Assembly: GCF_006345805.1 (NCBI RefSeq)
Contig: NC_043002.1
Span: 100,378,001 to 100,442,000, forward strand
Length of the DNA stretch: 64,000 nt
Origin: Octopus sinensis
Taxonomy: Eukaryota
Reading direction: 5' to 3'
The notes beneath the pieces are model-generated. The model made no database searches. It was not told the DNA's origin and worked only from the letters and a program-made list of their open reading frames with translations. Below are positions 56,560 to 64,000 of the stretch, one piece after another. Every line of letters starts with the position of its first letter. Position 1 is the stretch's first letter. A program made the position numbers and the translations under genes.

Positions 56560-57374
56560 TCTACTCTAGGCCTCAAAAATTTGGAGCGAAGGGGGTATAG
56601 TCGATCACATCGACTCCAGCCTGTAACTTGTACTTATTTCATCGACCCCGAAAGAATGAAAGGCAAAGTCGACCTCGGCGGTATCTGAACTCGGTACGAA
56701 GCGGCGGACGAAATACTTATTTCTTTACTACCCACAAAGGGCTAAACACAGAGAGGACAAACAAGGACAGACAAACGGATTAAGTCGATTATATCGACCC
56801 CAGTGCGTAACTGGTACTTATTTAATCGACCCCGAAAGGATGAAAGGCAAAGTTGACCAAACGGAATCTGAACTCAGAACGAAGCGGCAGACGAAATACC
56901 TCTAAGCATTTCGCCCGGCGTGCTAACGATTCTGCCAGCTCGCCGCTTTTATAAGAATAATAATAATTTCTACTGAAGGTACAAGATCTGAAATTTGCGG
57001 GAAGGGTTAAGTCGATGACATCGACCCCAGTATTTCACTGATACTTAATTTACCGACCCCGAAAGGATGAAAGGCATAGTCGGCCTCGGCGGAATTTGAA
57101 CCCAGAACGCATTTTGCCCGGCGTGGTAACGATTCTGTCAGCTCGCCGCCTTAATAATAATAATAACAATAATAACTATTTCAATTTTTTTTCCACGCGG
57201 GTAGCTTGCGGGGTGGGGTGGAGGATGAGTCTGTTATATTGAAACCAGTGTTCAACTGGTGCTTATTTTATCGACCCCCGAAAGGATGAAAGTCAAAGTC
57301 GACTTCAGCGGAATTTGAACTCAGAACCCATTTAGCCAGGCGTAGGAAATATTTTTTCGGCCAGCTCGCGCCTT
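56558..57374 (-). mobile_element. Tandem cluster of four Nin-domain SINE B units among (TAA)n tracts
   Basis: Repeated cgacccc(c)gaaag.atgaaag.ca.agt blocks at about 56643, 56827, 57054 and 57272. Confidence 0.88.
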
Positions 57375-57396
57375 AATAATAATAATAATAATAATG

Positions 57397-57428
<32 letters not shown>

Positions 57429-57571
57429 CAGTTGAGCATGTGCCTTGGTGGCTGACGATATGTGCATCTCTGATCACGAGCAGAAGTAGTGGTGGGGGAC
57501 ATCATAGCCATGTATTGAGAATGATTCTTTGGGATTTGAATAATTCACTTCTGGAAATAATAATGATAATA

Positions 57572-57616
<45 letters not shown>

Positions 57617-58651
57617 CAATAGTTTTCTGGTGAAGTTAAAGATTACACTCCTTTACTATAACCCGCATAGTCATTGTTGTTGTTGTTGTTTTTATTAGCA
57701 TCAACGCCACCTTATTAATACTCTGAATAGTTGTTTACTAGTATTTTACCCTATTATTTTACTCCAATATCGTATAATGTCCATATTACAAATAAGGAAA
57801 TAGTTACCATTATGCATATTAATTATCAATTTATTGCTATAATTAACGAGGATGATAAGGACAAGGTCATTAATACTAACAGCAATAAGAACAACCACAT
57901 CAATAACGACAATTAGTCCTTTACTGAATTTATTGATCGAGTTTTTTTTAATGTAATTTCATTGTAATTTCATATTTCATTCTGCTTGCAGCTATTGGGC
58001 GGCCTTTTGTCGAAAGCATATTGAACATACGTTTGATTACGCCCTGATGTACCTACAGCTTGAGAGATTAGACTCGGTCTGGGAACCAGGTCAGCTCTCA
58101 TCCATTGAAGTAAGTAGATGTACTCTAATTTCCGAAGCATCAATCATCCTCTACAATATATTACGCACAGTCTCTTTGGTTCTCTCTCTTTTTTCTCTTC
58201 TCTCACACACACGCACTCTCTCTCTCGCTCTCTCACCCTCTCTCTCAACCACATACAAATAGATGTTTATATGTTATACATGCATTGTCTAATACATCAT
58301 CATGTATTTTCCTTCATTCCATGTTTGTCGATTCTTTAAACACATTTCTCAATATTTTGTTCCTTCCTATATTAAACCTACATTTCCACTCTTCCTTGAT
58401 ACCCCTTTATCATGCTTCTTCCACCCTCTTTCTCAATCCCGTTTTTTTCTCTTTATCTATCTAACTGTCTATCTTTATACATATATATACATATGGAAAT
58501 ATATTTATACACACGTATAAAATACACATTCACATATGTATGCATATGAATATGCATATATGTATACATATATATATATGCATATATATATATATATATA
58601 TATTATATGCATATATATGTAATCAGGTATATATATGTATATGCATATATA

Positions 58652-59776
58652 TGCATGCAGTGAATATAATGTCGTTTAAGTTACGCAAAAATGAAAATAT
58701 CAATGACATTTCATTGTGGAGGCGCGTGGCTTAGTGGTTAGGACGGCAGCATCATGATCGTAAGATTGTGGTTTTAACTCCTGGACCGGGCGACGCATTG
58801 TGTTCTTGAGCAAAACACTTCATTTCACGTTGCCCCAGACCACTCACCTTTCAAAAATGAGTAACGCTGCGATGGATTAGCGTCCCGTCCAGCTGGGGCA
58901 TACATACGCCCTTGAAACCGGGAAACTGGGCCCATGAGCCTGGCTAGGCTCTAAAAGGGCGCATTCATTTTATTATTTACCCAAATTACATAAAAATATC
59001 TTGAAGCGCTAAAGAGTAAATTTATTCTATAAAATCGATATTGGCTTCAACCACGGCCTCCAGACGAATTCGGAACCTCCTGCAACTCTTTTGGATGGTC
59101 ACCTTGTTTATGTTGGTGAATGCTGCCGTAATCCTTGCATTCAGTTCATCTTTGGTCTTACAAGGAGTTTTGTCGATTTTTCGCTCAACTACGCCCCACA
59201 CATAATAATCAAGAGTGTTGTAGACTGGGGAGTTAGGTCGCCATGTTAGCTTGATGTGGTCGCAGAAATTGTCTGACAGCCATGACTGGGTCCTCCTGCT
59301 TGTGTGGCACGGTGCAGATTCCTGTTTCTAGACATAGGACCTTCCAGCAGCCGCCCTCTCGATCGTAGCTAAAAGGAAGACTACCTTCTCCAGGCACTTG
59401 ATGTAGGCCTCCGTGTAGAGTCTGAGGCCGCGAGGAAAGAATAATGGAGGCATAACGTCGCCATCACTAGTGATCACTCCAAATACCATGATGTTGCCTG
59501 GATATTTGATTTCTACCTCCATCGGTAGATGTCCTCAGATTGACACCCAACCTCTCTGAAATGTTCGTATTGGAGCTTCTGGCGTGATTTCCAAGCAGTA
59601 CAGCAAGTCGCTTTCAAATTTCTGGCAGAGTGAATTGCGTCGTGGTGCTGTTTATTTTCACAGGTGGTGCCCAACTGACACTACGATACTGTGTATTCGA
59701 CAAAATAAAAAAACAGCCAACGCGCATGCGTGAAATTAAAAATGTAAAATGCCGACGTTTTATCCATTGCACCCTA
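58652..59776 (-). mobile_element. maT/DD37D-type Tc1-mariner remnant, interrupted by SINE C (58717-58972)
   Basis: KYPGNIMVFGVITSDGDVMPP..EAYIKCLEKVV, PNSPV.NTLDYYVWGVVE; homologous to 26396-27449. Confidence 0.85.
58717..58972 (+). mobile_element. tRNA SINE family C-related
   Basis: tggaggcgcgtggcttagtggttagg A box; gtgttcttgagcaaaacactt core. Confidence 0.8.
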
Positions 59777-59792
59777 CATATAATATATATAT

Positions 59793-59844
<52 letters not shown>

Positions 59845-59847
<3 letters not shown>

Positions 59848-60105
59848 GTTTATATATTTGTTGTGCAAGATTTTTTATGTGAAGTCGTGTGTTGAAACAG
59901 ATATTGTTATATTTCGGAATGGTCATTTTGCCAGTTTAGCCAATAAAAACACACGCACTATATATTTGGTGTTACTTTGCTTCAGTGTTATTTTTTTTAC
60001 ATTAATCTTAATCTTATTTCGGCCAGAGTTCTTTCGTCACACTCCTGTGACCGCATCAGTGGTCCTTTGTTTTCTTCTTTCTTATTTCGGCCAGAGTTAT
60101 ATATA

Positions 60106-60155
<50 letters not shown>

Positions 60156-60161
60156 TATATA

Positions 60162-60207
<46 letters not shown>

Positions 60208-60457
60208 GTTTATATATTTGTTGTGCAAGATTTTTTATGTGAAGTCGTGTGTTGAAACAGATATTGTTATATTTCGGAATGGTCATTTTGCCAGTTTAGC
60301 CAATAAAAACACACGCACTATATATTTGGTGTTACTTTGCTTCAGTGTTATTTTTTTTCACATTAATCTTAATCTTATTTCGGCCAGAGTTCTTTCGTCA
60401 CACTCCTGTGACCGCATCAGTGGTCCTTTGTTTTCTTCTTTCTTATTTCGGCCAGAG

Positions 60458-60460
<3 letters not shown>
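59845..60460 (-). mobile_element. Two near-identical head-to-tail ~255-bp HHR units separated by (TA)n
   Basis: 59845-60098 and 60205-60459 are near-identical; HHR motifs at 60021-60065 and 60382-60426 (ggacca-CTGATGC-g gtcaca ggag tgtgac-GAAAG aa CTC-tggcc). Confidence 0.85.
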
Positions 60461-60502
<42 letters not shown>

Positions 60503-62466
60503 TGCATCTATATATGTAGTATGCATATTTTACATGCATGCATATACATCTATGTACATGTGTGTATGACTGTGTGTATGTTCTCATCAGAATGTGAGAG
60601 TGTTTCTACGATCTACAAGTGTTCGCTGCTTTAATAGTATAGTAGTTACAAATGCAGCTGATTTTGAGGATTTGTGGAATTGTTAGAGCGTCTTTACATT
60701 CTGGGCTCAAATTCCGCGATATTTACCGTACACATTCATCCCTGCTGAGTGAGAAGTCAAGAAGTGATGACCATTTATTCTACAAACACATACTCCCTAC
60801 AAATTCCCAGCTTTGTACGTAGCTAAAAGCAATTACGAGATAATGAGGTAAATGAAGTACGAAAGGCGTGAATATTGGCCAAAGGCGTGAATGTAGGCAG
60901 GAGATATTTAACTTAAACTTCTTTCTTAGCTGAAGAAGAGATATTATTACATATTGCGGTAATTGTTAACGATTGTGAAAGAAAAAATTAAGGAGCGAAC
61001 ATTTCAAAAACAGAAAAATTACTTTAGTTCTAATTTACATCGTATGGTGCATAAATAGATATTGATTTATTTAATGAAGAACCTTCAAGAGTATAAATAT
61101 ACAGATTAAGCTAGCCACTAATCATTTCAGTCTAATGCATGACTGCTTTTATGCAGCTGATTAATTGGGAAAGGAAGATGAGTTCATGTTCGTTGAGGAG
61201 GGGTGAAGATATTGTGAAACGGTCCTTGAGATTTCACCATCCTTCTTTTTCTGCACATCAATAAGTATTGTAGGAATGTATTTATATTCTTATTTAATGC
61301 ATATTGTGGCTTTGTTATATTTTAATTTATTTCACTTCTGATTCACGCTCTTTCCGCGTAAGTAAATATGCACTCAAAGTAAATGTCGTACTATCGGCAC
61401 ATTTGAGTTATTCTACTTATCACATATTATTTCTCAAATTATGTAAATTATACAAATCGAAAATTATTTGTCAATTTTTTATATAATGTGAAATGTTTTG
61501 TTTAGTGATCATTCACATTGAATCATCTAGAGAGAGCTAATAGTTCGATACAATGAATGGCACACTGTACAGAATACAAGGATCGAACCGTCCTTCCCCT
61601 CAGAAATGTAAACTAACTTTGAATAATTATTTCTTTGAGTCTTTGAGTTAACTCCACTTATCTTTGAAGCTCGCTAACAATTGCCGCGGGGTCTTTGTAT
61701 TCATTCTTCAACTAAGAGGTAAATTTCAATTAATTAAGAATTTATGTGCGACGTTCAGTACGTCACAATTTAATTTATTTAATCTTCATTCATGTCTTTT
61801 GTTCATTTGACACACCTACTTTCATACACACACGCATGCATTTTTTTTTTTTTGCCGTTTATCGATTTTATTTTACGCAGTCTCTTCGTTCATTATCTTT
61901 CTTTCTTCAATATCTTGATTTATATATCACTTGTATATTTCTTATATTAAGTTTGGTTTTGTGAAACAAGAAACAACTAAATATAAGATAGAACAACTGT
62001 AAGATAAGATAGAACAACAGCAACAGCAAGAACAACAAGATTGTAATGGAAAAGTAGTTAATGCAATTATATTATTATAATATAGTCTGAAAAAGCAGCT
62101 GGGACTTCGTTAATAACACAAATAATCCAGTCAAGAGAGAAATATCTTAATGATAACCGTTACTGCTGTCTCTTCATAATATTAAGATATATTCTACCAG
62201 AACTAAGTTTTAGCAAACCTTCTATGGAGAACCTAATTACTAATTAATTCTGAATCTTTCTTTAGATATTCGATAAATTAAATTAAAATGCATTGAAAAT
62301 TTCAAAAAACAAATTAATTAAATTGAATTGATAATTAATATCTTTTATATCTTTTACTTGCCAGGAAGTATTTTTCACTTATATTTTGTTTTAGCTTTCT
62401 TGGAATGTTTACCAATGGATTTTAAATCTCTTTTATCTTTTTACATGTGATGTTTTGTGTGCGAGT

Positions 62467-62523
<57 letters not shown>

Positions 62524-62860
62524 GCGTGCATGTGTGCGGCGTGCATGTATCCGCATGTGTATACAGGTGTCATAAAAAAGAAAAATGATAAAACTTGAAG
62601 CTCTTCGTATAAAGTACCGATATTTATCTGAGGATTTAAAATGATTTTCAAATAGAATAAAATTTTCTTGAGCAAACATGTAACTTTTTTATGTGAATAT
62701 AATATAATCGATTATTAAAGTCTTTAATTGCTTTATTTTTTAGAAACTTCTTATACGAATTTTTCTCTCTCTCTCTCTTTCTCTCTCTCTAACACACACA
62801 CACAAACATAGATACATACATGCATAAATATACACACACACGTGCATACACACACATATA

Positions 62861-62891
<31 letters not shown>

Positions 62892-62922
62892 CAAAGTAAG
62901 CAACAAGGATATCCAGAGGTAA

Positions 62923-63014
62923 TGCAGTATGATCGTTTCATGCGACTTTATTTAATTGAACAATGTATTCATTTTATTACATCAATTTAAAATGTAGAGC
63001 AATCTTCAGCTGCA
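62923..63014 (-). ncRNA. Type I HHR with long stem II, in TA-flanked element 62891-63141
   Basis: tgcag-CTGAAGA-(long imperfect stem II)-GAAAC gatc ATA-ctgca; 5-bp stem I; one stem III substitution. Confidence 0.8.
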
Positions 63015-63138
63015 CAAAGGCATAGAACTTAATTAAATTAGAAGGACACATTAGTATAATTTTACCTAAAATCTCAAAGAGGATAAGGAGATAGACAAAG
63101 AAAATGTTTTACCAACAACATCATAGTTGTAACTAAGA

Positions 63139-63179
<41 letters not shown>

Positions 63180-64000
63180 CCACAAAAATATTAGCAACAG
63201 CACACAAACATGCACTAAACACACATATATAGATGCATAATCGCGTATATTTTATATTACCATGAATAAAGGCTTTTATATATTGCATGAAGTAGTACTT
63301 ATTACAAAAATATAGATTGTGCAACTTATTTCGACAAAGAGTACTGTTAATAGTGACTTCGAATTTTCGCTATCTACGTAGCTTTAAACTCACTGTCAGC
63401 ATTTTCTTTGGAGTGAATGAGTAACCTTTTTCTAAACAGAGCACTCCTTCACGTACAGGTTTAAGGGAAATTCCATTTCCCATCTGGAGACTCACTCTGA
63501 ACTAGCAATTGCGAAATCCGTCTCCACGAAAGACAATCGTACTCTATGAATTTGCTGTATCCATCGACAGGAATAATTAACTATTTTATTGTTGCCATCA
63601 GATGTACACCCTATTAATGAACGTCAAGCCCCTGGCAGCTGACGAACCTGATGTAATATTCTAGTTTTCTTTATCTTACACAGGAGGGCAGAGTAGTTAA
63701 TCCCGGCCACCCATACAGAATATAGTGTAACCATGCTGATCATCCAGCTTCAGTTGCAATCAATTTAGATTCTTCCAACGTACAATGCCTGCAGCAAGTA
63801 GTGAGTTAATAATCTTCTGAACGACCACTGAGCCACTGACTCTCATCAACATTCAAACAGCCTGTGTAGTACCCAAGACAAGGAAATCATGTTACTGAAT
63901 ACATACATACCGCACCACGTGGCCTAAGCTCACCAATAGAGACTTAACATCTAGAAGCCATCTGAAACTTTGCTTAAATTTCTCTCTCTTTTTGTATCTG

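Noticed and set aside
56558-57374. Regularly recurring ~30-bp blocks resembling a CRISPR array
   Set aside because: Tandem Nin-SINE units; the intervening sequences are homologous to each other; eukaryotic context and no cas genes.

Overview
AT-rich eukaryotic DNA, very probably an octopod cephalopod (Octopus-type tRNA SINEs, very large (TA)n/(CA)n/(TACA)n/(GATA)n tracts). The window is intronic or intergenic. It contains no complete gene: one plausible + strand coding exon (253-356) and a few weak minus-strand exon candidates. Most ORFs in the supplied track are microsatellite read-throughs. The recognisable content is transposon-derived: Helitrons, Tc1/mariner and maT remnants, a piggyBac-like remnant, a Crypton-like hairpin element, RTE and Tx1/L1-type LINE fragments, and four tRNA-SINE families. 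The main signal is about 19 minimal type-I hammerhead ribozyme (HHR) motifs, counted by eye and ranging from intact to decayed. They fall into roughly 10 dissimilar sequence families, and nearly all have a palindromic stem III. They sit in short elements inserted in (TA)n tracts and are often arranged as fold-back (inverted) or head-to-tail copies. One is attached to a Penelope-like GIY-YIG ORF, one has a tRNA/Pol III head, and two look like retrozyme monomers with terminal direct repeats. Inverted duplications of flanking host DNA around microsatellites also occur. All calls were made by eye; no searches or folding programs were run, and element boundaries are approximate.
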